Assembly (NCBI GenBank): GCA_963667175.2
Contig: CAXXXF010000008.1
Location: forward strand, 1-51,623
Origin: Candidatus Latescibacterota bacterium
GTDB lineage: Bacteria > Latescibacterota > UBA2968 > GCA-2709665
Length of the DNA stretch: 51,623 nucleotides
Direction of reading: 5' to 3'
Shown: positions 1 through 9,872 of the stretch, piece after piece
How the letters are laid out: each line of letters opens with the position of its first letter
How positions within the stretch are numbered: the stretch's first letter is position 1
The notes under the pieces: generated by a model
What the model was told of the DNA's origin: nothing
The model's database searches: none
Seen by the model: only the letters and a program-made list of their open reading frames with translations
Made by a program: the position numbers and the translations under genes

Positions 1-129
1 AGGCGACCCGTCCGGGGTCACCGAGCGAAGGCAACGCCGCCAGACGGGATGAATCGGCGGATGAATGGTGACATATTTCCGGGACGGGACACCATGCCTC
101 GCCTGCAGAGCGACTTTTTCAACGGACTG
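1..129. mobile_element. Partial MITE (one end only), same family as the MITE at 17228-17406
   Basis: Positions 96-129 are the exact reverse complement of the first 34 bp of the 17228 element (CAGTCCGTTGAAAAAGTCGCTCTGCAGGCGAGGC). They are followed by CTAA (130-133). The other end is not in the window. Confidence 0.7.
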
Positions 130-257
130 CTAACTGCTTGCTATGGTTTAATTTTCTTGTGTCAAACTCCCCATGGGGGTATATTTCGCGTTCCGCCCGG
201 AGGGGATCCGGGGGCATGAAGACAGAACACTGCGGGACCTTACAGGGAAACTCCATC

Positions 258-1133
258 GTGAATTGGTTCGATCGATTGAAATCCGGCATTCAGACGCTTG
301 TCCGGCGGACGATGCCCGACAATCTGTGGATCAAGTGCGAACGTTGCCACCAGACGCTCTACAGCAAGCAAGTGCGGCAGGAATACGGAATCTGTCCCCA
401 TTGCGGCGCGCATTTCAGAATAGGCTACAAAGAGTATCTGGACCACATCCTGGATCCGGGCTCTTTCGAGGAGATCGCCACGGAGGTGAAGGCCGCCGAT
501 CCCCTGAATTTCGAAGACAGAAAACGATATGCCGATCGGATCCGGGAGGGTCGCAAGGCCACGGGACTGGATGCGGCGGTCTGTGTCGGCATCGGTACGC
601 TCGATGGCTGGCGCGTGGGCGTGGGCATCCACGAGCCGTCGTTCATCATGGGTACCCTGTCTTCGGCGGAGGGCGAACGGTTCTGCCGGCTGATCGACCG
701 CTGCATCGTCGAGCGCCTGCCGCTGGTCCTGATCTGTCGCTCGGGTGGCGCGAGGATGATGGAAAGCGCGCTCTCCCTGATGCAGCTGGCAAAAATCAAC
801 GCCCGGCTGGCCCGGTTTGCAGACGAGGAACTCCTGTTCATTTCCATCCTGACCGATCCGACGACGGCAGGAGTGTCGGCCAGCTATGCGCTGATCGGCG
901 ATATCAACATCGCGGAACCCAACGCGCTGATCGGCTTTACGGGGGAGCGGATAACCGGAAGTTCGGTGGGAGAGGAGGAACTGGAAGCCCTTCGTCGCGC
1001 ACAGCGCGCGGAGAAAGTACTGGAGCATGGATTTGTCGATATGATCGTGCCGCGCAGCGAAATGCGCCAGATGCTGGCCAGGCTGTTTTCCCTTTTGCTG
1101 AACCCGCGATCCGGCGCGGACGTGCGCGCCTGA
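258..1133 (+). CDS. accD: Acetyl-CoA carboxylase carboxyltransferase beta subunit
   Basis: LWIKC-x2-C...C-x2-C zinc ribbon, DPLNFED, SGGARM, ILTDPTTAGV, AEPNALIGF and EHGFVDMIVPR. GTG start at 258 preferred over the ORF-track start at 138. Confidence 0.93.
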   Translation: MNWFDRLKSGIQTLVRRTMPDNLWIKCERCHQTLYSKQVRQEYGICPHCGAHFRIGYKEYLDHILDPGSFEEIATEVKAADPLNFEDRKRYADRIREGRKATGLDAAVCVGIGTLDGWRVGVGIHEPSFIMGTLSSAEGERFCRLIDRCIVERLPLVLICRSGGARMMESALSLMQLAKINARLARFADEELLFISILTDPTTAGVSASYALIGDINIAEPNALIGFTGERITGSSVGEEELEALRRAQRAEKVLEHGFVDMIVPRSEMRQMLARLFSLLLNPRSGADVRA

Positions 1134-1220
1134 CCGTGGGACCCGCCCGAGTCCGGCACGACCGCGACCCCGTCGCCCCGCTGTTCCGGCGCCCGGACGG
1201 CGGTTTTCCTTGAGGCGGAA

Positions 1221-1754
1221 ATGGGCACGGGTCTGAACGTCTACGTGGCGGTTTTTCTCTTTCGGAAAAACCGTGTTTTGTTACTTGAGCGTGCGTCTCA
1301 CAAGGTCTTTGCGCCGGGCCGCTGGACAGGGGTCGGCGGTCGGGTGGAACCGGAGGAGACGGGGGATCTGGAAGCGGCGGTGCTCCGCGAGGTGGGCGAG
1401 GAAACCGGAATCGGAGCGGCCGACGTCGAGAACCTCGAGATGCGCGTCGTGCTCACGAGGCCGGAACGCGGAGACGTCGCCACCGTGGTGTTTTTTACAG
1501 GGCAAACCGGCTGTGAGACATTGACGCCCTGTACCGAAGGCCGGCTGCAGTGGGTTGCGCTGGACCGCGTGGGCGACCTGGATCTCGTCGAAAACGCCGG
1601 ATACGCGCTGAATCTGGCGCTTGCGGCGGCGGAGTCCGGTTCTTCAGACGTGTATTTTGCGGTAGAAGAAGCGACGACGTGCGGCGCCATCAGTATTGTA
1701 AGAGTGAGTCGGCCGGGAATCGGGGGATTGTCCGGACAACGGGAAGACCAATGA
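1221..1754 (+). CDS. NUDIX hydrolase
   Basis: Nudix box GGRVEPEETGDLEAAVLREVGEETG. Confidence 0.85.
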   Translation: MGTGLNVYVAVFLFRKNRVLLLERASHKVFAPGRWTGVGGRVEPEETGDLEAAVLREVGEETGIGAADVENLEMRVVLTRPERGDVATVVFFTGQTGCETLTPCTEGRLQWVALDRVGDLDLVENAGYALNLALAAAESGSSDVYFAVEEATTCGAISIVRVSRPGIGGLSGQREDQ

Positions 1755-2824
1755 AATTCGTGATTCGAGCCGGCGGCTTCGGCACCCGTCTGTGGCCCTT
1801 CAGTCGGACGACGCGCCCCAAGCAGTTCCACAGAATGGTCGGCGAACGGACCATGCTGCAGGAGGCCGTGCACCGGATCCGGCCGCTGGTCGGCGTCCGC
1901 GATCTCCTCGTTTCAACGGGTAACGAACTGGTTGCGCTGGTTCGGGAACAGCTCCCCGAACTTCCACCGACCGGACTGGTCGTCGAACCGGCGTTACGCA
2001 ATACGGGGCCGGCCGTGGGGCTCGAGTGCGTGCTTCTCGAGAGCCGGTACCCGGGCTGTACGGTGGCCAGCCTTGGTTCCGACCACCACATCGGAAAGCC
2101 GGAGGAATTCTGCCGTCTGCTCCGTACGGCCGGGGAAGCCGCGGAGGAGGACCCCGATACCCTGTTTACGCTGGGGGTGAAGCCCACCCGCGTGGAAACG
2201 GGATACGGCTACATTCAGAAGGGCGGCGTTGCAAGGCGGGTCAATGGCGTTCCGGTGTACGGCGTGGCCCGGTTCAGGGAGAAACCCGACGAAACGACCG
2301 CAAGGGCGTACGTGGAAAGTGGCGACTTTCTCTGGAACAGCAACATGTTCGTCTGGAAGGCGAGGACGGTTCTGGCGCTGTTCGAGCAGTTCGAACCCGA
2401 TCTTCACCGCATTCTGATGCGTATTCAGGCAGCGGTAGGCACCGGAGCGGAGAGAGCCGCGATCGAACGGGAATATCCCCGTATGAAGGAGGTGGCCATT
2501 GACAATGCCATCATCGAAAAAGCCCCCAGTGTGGCCACCCTCGAAGCCGATATAGACTGGAACGACATCGGCAGCTGGGGCGCGTTGTCGGACGTCCTTC
2601 CCGTCGACGCCGACGGCAATCTGATTGCCGGCGACGTGCTGAATCTTGACTCGCGGGATGTCACCGCCTTTGGGGTCGAGGGCAAGCTGATCGCCCTCGT
2701 GGACGTGGAGGGTCTGGTCGTCGTCGATACGCCGGATGCGTTATTGATCTGTCGGCGTGACCGTGCCCAGCGCGTCAGAGACGTGGTCGCGGCCCTGCGG
2801 GATGGCCGCGCGGGATATCTTTAG
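1751..2824 (+). CDS. Mannose-1-phosphate guanylyltransferase (ManC-like, GMP domain only)
   Basis: AGGFGTRLWPFSR..RPKQF, EPALRNTGPA, SDH, ETGYGYI, FREKPD, WNSNMF and WNDIGSW. The ATG at 1751 overlaps the upstream stop (ATGA). Confidence 0.9.
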   Translation: MKFVIRAGGFGTRLWPFSRTTRPKQFHRMVGERTMLQEAVHRIRPLVGVRDLLVSTGNELVALVREQLPELPPTGLVVEPALRNTGPAVGLECVLLESRYPGCTVASLGSDHHIGKPEEFCRLLRTAGEAAEEDPDTLFTLGVKPTRVETGYGYIQKGGVARRVNGVPVYGVARFREKPDETTARAYVESGDFLWNSNMFVWKARTVLALFEQFEPDLHRILMRIQAAVGTGAERAAIEREYPRMKEVAIDNAIIEKAPSVATLEADIDWNDIGSWGALSDVLPVDADGNLIAGDVLNLDSRDVTAFGVEGKLIALVDVEGLVVVDTPDALLICRRDRAQRVRDVVAALRDGRAGYL

Positions 2825-2960
2825 CGGTCGATTGTGTCGCCGGATCCGAACGCCGGATCGACGGCGCCGGGCGGACGTCGGAATGTTTTCCGGACGCGCT
2901 GGCCGAAATGGACCGTGAACGCGGCCTCGGGGCGTTTCGAACCGGAACGGAGAAGTCGAC

Positions 2961-3401
2961 ATGAGAATACTGGTACTCCAGGGACCCAATCTGAATATGC
3001 TCGGAAAGCGGAAGGCCGCCTATTACGGGCGTATCACGCTGGACGAGATTCACCGCCGGCTCCAGGAACGGGCGCGAGCGCTGGACTGCGAGCTGGAGTT
3101 CCTGCAGTCCAACCATGAGGGCGTCCTCGTCGACAAGGTCCAGGTGGAACGGGACCGTGTCCGGGGGATCATTCTCAACCCCGGGGGGCTGACCGGTTTC
3201 GGTTACTCGCTGCGCGATGCGATCGAAGACAGCCGGCTGCCCGCGGTGGAGGTGCACCTGTCCAATATCCATGCGCGGGAAGCGTTCCGGAGCCGGTCCT
3301 GCTTTTCGGCGATCGTGGTGGGGCAGGTTGCGGGTTTCAAATGGCGGGGCTACGTCGCGGCGTTGGAGATGCTGGCGGAGATGCTCGCGGAAGAAGCTTG
3401 A
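2961..3401 (+). CDS. aroQ: Type II 3-dehydroquinate dehydratase
   Basis: GPNLNMLGKR, QSNHEG, LNPGGLT, SLRDA and EVHLSNIHAREAFR. Confidence 0.95.
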   Translation: MRILVLQGPNLNMLGKRKAAYYGRITLDEIHRRLQERARALDCELEFLQSNHEGVLVDKVQVERDRVRGIILNPGGLTGFGYSLRDAIEDSRLPAVEVHLSNIHAREAFRSRSCFSAIVVGQVAGFKWRGYVAALEMLAEMLAEEA

Positions 3402-3491
3402 GCCCGTGCAGGATCGGTTCGCAAAGAAGACGCCCCGGAGGGACCCCCGGGGCATCTTTGTGCGTTCTCCGGACGTCCGGACCGCGCGCGG

Positions 3492-4184
3492 TCAGTTTTG
3501 CCGCGACTTCACCATATACCGCATGGCTTCGGCGACGATGCTGGCGGCGCCCTCGACGCCGGTCTGGCTGGTATTTAGCGTCAGGTGGTAATTTTCCGCG
3601 GTGCTCCAGGCAATTCCGTAGTGCCTCTTGAGATAGCGTCTCCGGTATTCGTCCATTTTTCGAATGCGTTTGGCCGCGGCGTCGGCATCCAGTTCTTCCC
3701 GCTTCATCACCACCTGAATCCGAAAGTCGATCGCGGCGACCACCCGCAGATGCAGCGTGGCGGGTCGATCTCTCAGCAGGGCCTGCCCGCCCCGACCCAC
3801 CAGGACCACGTTGTCCCGCTCGGCCAGGCGCGTGACGACTTCTCGCGTGATGTTCACAAACGCCTCTTCATCCGGTAGAGGCAGACCGGAATCGCTTCGC
3901 CCGGTCAGTTCGGGGACGGTGGCGGTTGCCCACCATTCGTACTCCGAGAGACCGGTGACGGCTTCCGGGTGCCCGGGCGTGAGGAATTTTCTGATCACGC
4001 GCATCGCGGGATGTTCGGGACGCTCGTCGAAACGTTCGGCCTCCGAGACCGGGACCTGGGCTTCGTTGGCCACTTCCACGAGCAGGTCTTTGTTCATGCA
4101 AAGATAGCCCAGCAGATCGGCGGCTTTCTGCGCGACCGATCGTCCGTCGCTGCCGTATTCTCTTGATACGGTGATCACACCCAT
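3492..4184 (-). CDS. Cytidylate kinase-like family protein
   Basis: ITVSREYGSDG P-loop variant, VVLVGRGG, R.RY...YG and YHLTLNT. Confidence 0.85.
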   Translation of the reverse strand: MGVITVSREYGSDGRSVAQKAADLLGYLCMNKDLLVEVANEAQVPVSEAERFDERPEHPAMRVIRKFLTPGHPEAVTGLSEYEWWATATVPELTGRSDSGLPLPDEEAFVNITREVVTRLAERDNVVLVGRGGQALLRDRPATLHLRVVAAIDFRIQVVMKREELDADAAAKRIRKMDEYRRRYLKRHYGIAWSTAENYHLTLNTSQTGVEGAASIVAEAMRYMVKSRQN

Positions 4185-4249
4185 GGTGAGCCTCGCTGAC
4201 GTGAGACGTCGTCATACAGCGGATGGTGACGAGATTTGAAGATCGGCAA

Positions 4250-4277
4250 AAGTTAGTGAGTATTTTCGGTTTGTCAA
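4250..4277 (-). promoter_or_regulatory. Putative sigma70 promoter of the cytidylate kinase-like gene
   Basis: TTGACA (4277-4272), 16 bp spacer, TAACTT (4255-4250) on the minus strand. Confidence 0.45.
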
Positions 4278-4371
4278 CGGATTTAACGGCCGGTGCCTCC
4301 TGCCGGCCGCCGCGCGCCCCGTTCCCGATCGGGGGTTTCGGCCGGCACTGCGGCGAACAAGGGGTCTATCG

Positions 4372-6480
4372 ATGAGCGACCAGGTGTGGTTGTACAGACA
4401 CGACGAAATCCAGACCGGAAGGCCGTACGGCGTGGACGTGGACGCCGCGGACTGGCTTTGGGAGGGATGTGGTCGCAACCGATTGACGGGCCATAATTTA
4501 CGTACCGCGCAGACGGTCCGGATTTCCGTGCCCGAGATGGCGGGCAGATCGGTGGTCCAGGTCATTTCCTGGAACGAGAAGCTGGTGCTCACCCTTGGGG
4601 ACGTTCCGTACTACCTGGTTTTCGACCCTGAACGACGCACCTGTGAAAAACGGGGAATCCCGGGCGCCAGGCCCATCGTCTGGTATGGATTGAAGACGCC
4701 CGGTGGTAAGGTGCTGCTGTTCGAGCGGTCGGAATCCAGGATTCTGATTCTGGACGGCCCGCTGGCTGAACCGCGCGTTGCGGTCTGTCCGTTTCACGGG
4801 CAGTTGGCGGGCGGATGGTGTGTTGAGGGGATGGTTTATTTCCCGGTGTGCGACCCGTCGCGAATCATCAGGTTCGATCCCGGCACGGAACGATTCATAG
4901 ACGAGCGCCCGGGGCCCTGCCCGGAGGCCGCTCTGTCGGGTCACCTCCTGCATCGCGGCGTGCTCTATGTATGGGATGTCTCGAAGGGACGGATCTTTCC
5001 GTTGGAACCGGATCGGGGTCGTTGGGGAGACGGGATTTCGACGCCGGACCATGGGAAAACCTACGGCTTCATGGGAGGGGGCTTCGGTTACGGGGGCCGC
5101 GCCTATATCTGCCTGAGCACCTATATGCATCCGAGTCGTCTGGACCCCAAAACCGGCCGGATTGTGGTCCCCGACGGACCGTTGACGATCGACGGCAGGC
5201 CGCCCAGGTTTCTGGACCGCTTTCTCGTATATGACCCGGACGCCGGGACCTTCGACTACCTGGCGGCGCCGGAACAGCCGGACGGCGCTGCCCTGCTTTG
5301 TTATCACTGGACGGACGGCGATCGGTTCGCCATTACGGGCACGACGGTCCCGTACGCGCAACCCGGCACACCAGGCGAGATCTTCGGGTCCTGGCTTGTG
5401 ATACAGAGCGAACCGGCCGCGCAGGAGCCGGGATTCGGCCTTCCGGACGTGGCTTTCGACAGGCAGGCGCATCTGAGCCGGTACCGGCGGACCTACGGCG
5501 CGAAAAGGTCGCTGTATCTGCCGCATGTGCCGTGGACGCCGCCCACTGTGAATATGGAGGGTCCCGCAACGGATTACCCGCCCGGGATGGAAGCCGAGTT
5601 GATCCGCCGCGCCGCCGCAACCGACCGGGCGGAATACTTCGGGCATCTTGCGGAGACCATCACCGGCGGTGCTTCTACGGATGCGGAGGCCGTCAGGCAG
5701 GTTGCGGGTTACGTGAACCGGACACTGTACTACAATCCGATTCAGATTCCCGCCACGAAGGATCCGGTGGCCATTCTGGAGGGGCACGACGCGCGGTGCG
5801 GGCAGGGCGTTACGGTCACGGTGGCCATTCTGGAGGCCCTCGGCATTCCGGTGCGATCAGTTGGGCTCTCCCACCACGTGGTCGCGGAGGCCACGTACAA
5901 CGGCAGCGACCATGTCGTGGACGCGCTGTTCTTCGGCGCCAACCAGCCGCACAAAGCAGGCCGCGTGTTGTCCGTGGCCGAGCTGAAGTCGGACGTTTAT
6001 TTCGCCGACGGCTTTGCGCAGGAGTGTTTCGCGTATGATCCCGAACTGCTCGAAAGCGAGGACCGGTTCTGGGTTCTGGGGTACGTTTTCGGCATCTGGG
6101 GGTCGGAACCGTATTACTCGTATTATCTCGGGGCCGAAAAGGCGCATCCGCCAACGTTCCCTCTGCCGCTGCCCGCGCAGCGCGCCGGCCGGCAGGAGGT
6201 CCGGTTGAACTGGGCGCGGTCCATAAAGATGGGCGGCGGCAGGATCGAGTACGACGTCCGCGTGTTCTCGGATCGGGCGTGTCGCGAGGAAGTGATGTCC
6301 GTTACGACCGGTGACACGTCGGTTGTCTGGAAGGCGCCGGAGGCCAATCGGATGTACTACGTGGAGGTCCGCGCCGTGGACGATCATCGGCAGAAGAACC
6401 CGAACACCTGGTATCCCGCGGCGCGGTCCAATTTCGTGCTGGTACCGGAAGATCAGTACGGCTGGTACGGCGTCATGTGA
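4372..6480 (+). CDS. Transglutaminase-like domain protein with beta-rich N-terminus and FN3-like C-terminus
   Basis: Putative Cys-His-Asp triad (ARCGQ, HHVVAE, VVDAL). The C-terminus has FN3-like LNW...Y.V...YYVEVRAVD. Confidence 0.65.
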   Translation: MSDQVWLYRHDEIQTGRPYGVDVDAADWLWEGCGRNRLTGHNLRTAQTVRISVPEMAGRSVVQVISWNEKLVLTLGDVPYYLVFDPERRTCEKRGIPGARPIVWYGLKTPGGKVLLFERSESRILILDGPLAEPRVAVCPFHGQLAGGWCVEGMVYFPVCDPSRIIRFDPGTERFIDERPGPCPEAALSGHLLHRGVLYVWDVSKGRIFPLEPDRGRWGDGISTPDHGKTYGFMGGGFGYGGRAYICLSTYMHPSRLDPKTGRIVVPDGPLTIDGRPPRFLDRFLVYDPDAGTFDYLAAPEQPDGAALLCYHWTDGDRFAITGTTVPYAQPGTPGEIFGSWLVIQSEPAAQEPGFGLPDVAFDRQAHLSRYRRTYGAKRSLYLPHVPWTPPTVNMEGPATDYPPGMEAELIRRAAATDRAEYFGHLAETITGGASTDAEAVRQVAGYVNRTLYYNPIQIPATKDPVAILEGHDARCGQGVTVTVAILEALGIPVRSVGLSHHVVAEATYNGSDHVVDALFFGANQPHKAGRVLSVAELKSDVYFADGFAQECFAYDPELLESEDRFWVLGYVFGIWGSEPYYSYYLGAEKAHPPTFPLPLPAQRAGRQEVRLNWARSIKMGGGRIEYDVRVFSDRACREEVMSVTTGDTSVVWKAPEANRMYYVEVRAVDDHRQKNPNTWYPAARSNFVLVPEDQYGWYGVM

Positions 6481-6602
6481 ATCAGCAGATCCGCGCCGTT
6501 CATGTACGGTCCTCCAATGAGTCCTTGCAGGGATTTTCAGGTTCGAGATGATCGGCGCACGAAGAGGCACCGAGGTCGTTCGCCGGCGCAAGCGGCGCTC
6601 CC

Positions 6603-7340
6603 TCAGGCGCGATACAGATGCAGCGCATCGATGGAGTCCCCGATGCGGGACGGTACCATGTGACCGATTGCGCCGCCTGTTGCTTTCATCGCCCGAACTT
6701 CGGTGGAGGATATCCGCGAATGCGCGCCGCCCAGGCCGATGAAGTGGATTCTGTCCGAAAATGCGCCGTATTCCGGACTGGTCTTCAGCCTTCGCATGGC
6801 GTCCGGGTCGGTATTTGCCCGGTTGGCCGCGACGACGCGTGCACTGGCGAAGAACGCGGACAGTTCATCCCTGAAGTTGCCGTAATACCGGGGCTCGAAC
6901 AGCCTCAGCAGGGTGTCGTACCCGACCACGAAAAACAGACGGGTCGATTTCGGGTAGAGGGGGGCAAGGGCGCGCGACTTATCGACGAACCTGGCATGGC
7001 TGCAACCGGCAACGGAGAGGTTTCGAAATGATTCCGCGTAATGGTCGAGCATGGCCAGGCGCTGCGCCAGCGTCGCCCCGTAGACGTTCTTGTCCACGTT
7101 TGCGTGAGACAGCAGCAGGAGGGCTTCGCCGGCCCTGCAGACGTCGGAAGCGCAATTCAGCATGGCTTCGTGGGCAACCGTCATGGGATTGAACGAGGCA
7201 TCCATCACAACCAGGTTGCGGCCGGGACGGGTGAGACGGCTCGCCGCCCTGCGGAGAAACGCCGCCCGCGGTGGACCGTCGGGCTCGAGCGCGGCCATGA
7301 AGGCGTGGAGCTCACGAAGTCTTTTCGGATCGATCCGCAT
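6603..7340 (-). CDS. Nucleotidyltransferase of the HIGH superfamily (NadD-like)
   Basis: DASFNPMTVAH, VVGYDTLLRLF and ISSTEVR. Start uncertain (7340 or 7403). Confidence 0.8.
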   Translation of the reverse strand: MRIDPKRLRELHAFMAALEPDGPPRAAFLRRAASRLTRPGRNLVVMDASFNPMTVAHEAMLNCASDVCRAGEALLLLSHANVDKNVYGATLAQRLAMLDHYAESFRNLSVAGCSHARFVDKSRALAPLYPKSTRLFFVVGYDTLLRLFEPRYYGNFRDELSAFFASARVVAANRANTDPDAMRRLKTSPEYGAFSDRIHFIGLGGAHSRISSTEVRAMKATGGAIGHMVPSRIGDSIDALHLYRA

Positions 7341-7433
7341 GGGTTCGCGACAAGTGGCGTTCGGGTCCGTGGAATGGATATGGTAGGTTGGGGTCCGGGG
7401 CAAGTCAATCGAAATATCACGGGGATTTTCCGC

Positions 7434-7461
7434 TTGACATCTGGCCTCTCCGCCTTACCAT
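7434..7461 (+). promoter_or_regulatory. Putative sigma70 promoter of the DapA-like operon
   Basis: TTGACA (7434-7439), 16 bp spacer, TACCAT (7456-7461). Confidence 0.5.
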
Positions 7462-7510
7462 TGAATGGGGTGTCGGGTCAGTCGCAAAATCCCGATTGAA
7501 AGGGCGATGA

Positions 7511-8416
7511 ATGGCGGGGCGGCCGTTTCGGGGGGTGTTCGTCATCCTGGCAACGCCGTTTTCGGACGATGGTTCGCTCGACGAAGACGGGTTGAAAAAC
7601 GTCGTGGAGTTCTCGATCGCGGCGGGGGCGCACGGATTGGTCTCGCCGGCGAACGCGAGCGAATTCAACGCGCTGTCCGATCCCGAACGATTGCGGGTGA
7701 TCGAGGTCATAGGACGGGCGGTGGGGGGGCGGCTGCCCTTCGTCGCCGGCGTGTCCGGGGTGAGCGCCCCGGTGGCCGTGTGGTTCGCGAAACACGCCGA
7801 GGCCGAGGGGGCGGACGCCGTGATCGCGTTGCCGCCGTATATTTCCAAGCCCCCTGCCGATGGCGTGAGGGCATATTACGGGGCGATCGCGGGAGCGACG
7901 GGTCTGCCGGTCTTCATACAGAACTATCCGTTGCCGATCGGGGTTCCGATGTCGCCCGCGCTGTTGGGCCAACTTGCCCGCGAGATCGAACGCGTGCGCT
8001 ACGTCAAGGAGGAAGTCCCCCCGGTCACACATTCGGTTTCGGCCGATATCGCGGCCTGCGGAGAGTCGGTGGAGGGCGTGTTCGGCGGCGCCGCTGGCCG
8101 GTTCATACTGGATGAGATGAGACGGGGCGCCGCGGGTACGATGCCCGCCTGCGACGTTCCCGACGTGCACGCCGCGGTCTGGAATGCCTGGCAGGCGGGC
8201 GACGTGTCCGGCGCCAGGGAAGTCTTCAACCGCCTGTTGCCGCTGTTGAATTTCGAAATGCTTCACAGCGTGCACGCGTACAAGGAAGTGCTGCGCCGCC
8301 GCGGGGTGATTCGCTCGGCATACGTAAGGACGGCGGCGACCCGCCCGCTGGATGCGCACGATCACGCCGAACTGGACGCCATCCTGTCCGACGTCGCGGA
8401 ACTCTGGAAGGTTTAG
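7511..8416 (+). CDS. Dihydrodipicolinate synthase family aldolase/lyase
   Basis: TPF..DG.LD, GAHGLVSPANASEF..LS..ER, FIQNYP and YVKEE (Schiff-base Lys). Confidence 0.88.
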   Translation: MAGRPFRGVFVILATPFSDDGSLDEDGLKNVVEFSIAAGAHGLVSPANASEFNALSDPERLRVIEVIGRAVGGRLPFVAGVSGVSAPVAVWFAKHAEAEGADAVIALPPYISKPPADGVRAYYGAIAGATGLPVFIQNYPLPIGVPMSPALLGQLAREIERVRYVKEEVPPVTHSVSADIAACGESVEGVFGGAAGRFILDEMRRGAAGTMPACDVPDVHAAVWNAWQAGDVSGAREVFNRLLPLLNFEMLHSVHAYKEVLRRRGVIRSAYVRTAATRPLDAHDHAELDAILSDVAELWKV

Positions 8417-8486
8417 GCGGGTTCCGTCAGACCGGGTCCGGGCGGGGTTCAGTGGAGATCTTCTCACGTTCTTACGGGAGGGCAAT

Positions 8487-9350
8487 ATGCACGTTGGGAT
8501 GCGGATTCCACCCATGGGAAGGGAATTGGGCCTCGAGGGTGTAGTGGCCTGGGCGGGCGAGTGCGGATTCGGATCGGTGGACGTCCCGGAGGTCGATGGG
8601 AGAATTCGAAAGGTTTTCGACGATGCAGGTCTGGCAATCGGAACGGTAGACTGGGGCGTGGGGGGGGCCCTGTTGAGCAAGGACGCGCAGGCGCGAAGCG
8701 GGGCGGTCTCGGCCATGAAGGATCGCATCAGGGCCACGGGCGCCCACGGTTCCGGCGTGGTCTTCCTGTGTCTGGCGCCGGACGACCCGATGCAGTCCCG
8801 ATCCGAAAGTTTCGAGGTCTTCAAGGAGGTCTATCCCGGCGTGGTCGAATTCGCGGAACAGCTGGACGTGCACCTTGCCATCGAACCCTATCCGGGCGGC
8901 GCCCCGGGATACGGCAATCTGGGATGTACCCCCGAGACGCTCCGGGCGGTATTCGAGGTTGTACCCTCGCCTCATCTGGGGATCTGCTACGATCCCTCCC
9001 ATTTCATTCGGATCGGCGTGGACTATCAGCGCCTGTTGATGGAATTCGGAGATCGCGTCCGGCACGTGCACGCCAAGGATACGGAACTGCTGGCTGACGG
9101 CCTGTATCTGTACGGCAGCCTGGGCCAGAGTTTCGGCAAGCGGTACGGCCACGGGGAAGGCTGGTGGCGCTACTGCATTCCCGGTTGGGGCGAAGCCGAC
9201 TGGATATGGATTGTGGCGCGGCTCGAGGAATTCGGCTACGACGGGCCGCTGGCAATCGAGCTGGAAGACGACCGGTATATGGGCAGCACGGCTCTGAATC
9301 AGGAGGGCCTGCTTGCGGCCAAGACGTATCTGGAGGAAGTCATACGTTAA
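8487..9350 (+). CDS. Sugar phosphate isomerase/epimerase (xylose isomerase-like TIM barrel)
   Basis: AIEP, YDPSH, HVHAKD and IELED metal-binding motifs; GGGAGG RBS upstream. Confidence 0.85.
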   Translation: MHVGMRIPPMGRELGLEGVVAWAGECGFGSVDVPEVDGRIRKVFDDAGLAIGTVDWGVGGALLSKDAQARSGAVSAMKDRIRATGAHGSGVVFLCLAPDDPMQSRSESFEVFKEVYPGVVEFAEQLDVHLAIEPYPGGAPGYGNLGCTPETLRAVFEVVPSPHLGICYDPSHFIRIGVDYQRLLMEFGDRVRHVHAKDTELLADGLYLYGSLGQSFGKRYGHGEGWWRYCIPGWGEADWIWIVARLEEFGYDGPLAIELEDDRYMGSTALNQEGLLAAKTYLEEVIR

Positions 9351-9395
9351 CGACGTCTCGAATTTCATGAACGACAACGGTTCCGGAGGTGCGCG

Positions 9396-9797
9396 ATGAG
9401 GAGGTTTCTTCCGCTCTCAATTGTCGTGGCACTGTTTCTGATGTCCTGCGGTGAAGACAGTCCGCTGAATTACGATACGCTGGCAGGGACGTATACGTTG
9501 CGTGAAATACAGTTGGCTGGCGGTTCACAAACACAGACACTCCGTCCGCCGGAAGCAACCGGCACGCTTGTTCTGTCCACAACGGGCGACTTTTCGATGA
9601 GTCTGAGCATTCCGACGCTTCAGCTTGAAGACCGGTACTCCGACGGAACCTACACCATACAGGATTCAAGCATTCTGTTCCAGGAGTCGGCGACACTGGG
9701 CCTGATCGGTACCAATGCCACCGTCGACGGGAATGAACTGACATTGACCTCGAGTCTTGGCGGGTCGCAGGTGACAATGGTCTTCGTCAAGGTCTGA
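9396..9797 (+). CDS. Lipoprotein, lipocalin-like beta barrel
   Basis: Signal peptide with lipobox LMSC, LAGTYTL, GTYTI and a beta-rich body; GGAGG RBS. Confidence 0.65.
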   Translation: MRRFLPLSIVVALFLMSCGEDSPLNYDTLAGTYTLREIQLAGGSQTQTLRPPEATGTLVLSTTGDFSMSLSIPTLQLEDRYSDGTYTIQDSSILFQESATLGLIGTNATVDGNELTLTSSLGGSQVTMVFVKV

Positions 9798-9837
9798 CCG
9801 GTGTCGCCGGGGTTGACGAGCCGGCATTTTGGGCGAC

Positions 9838-9852
9838 TTTTTCAACGGACTG
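9838..9852. repeat. Solo terminal inverted repeat of the IS/MITE family
   Basis: TTTTTCAACGGACTG followed by TTAA, identical to the right end of the IS at 21282-21296. Confidence 0.6.
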
Positions 9853-9872
9853 TTAAGGGTGGCGCGGGAGCA

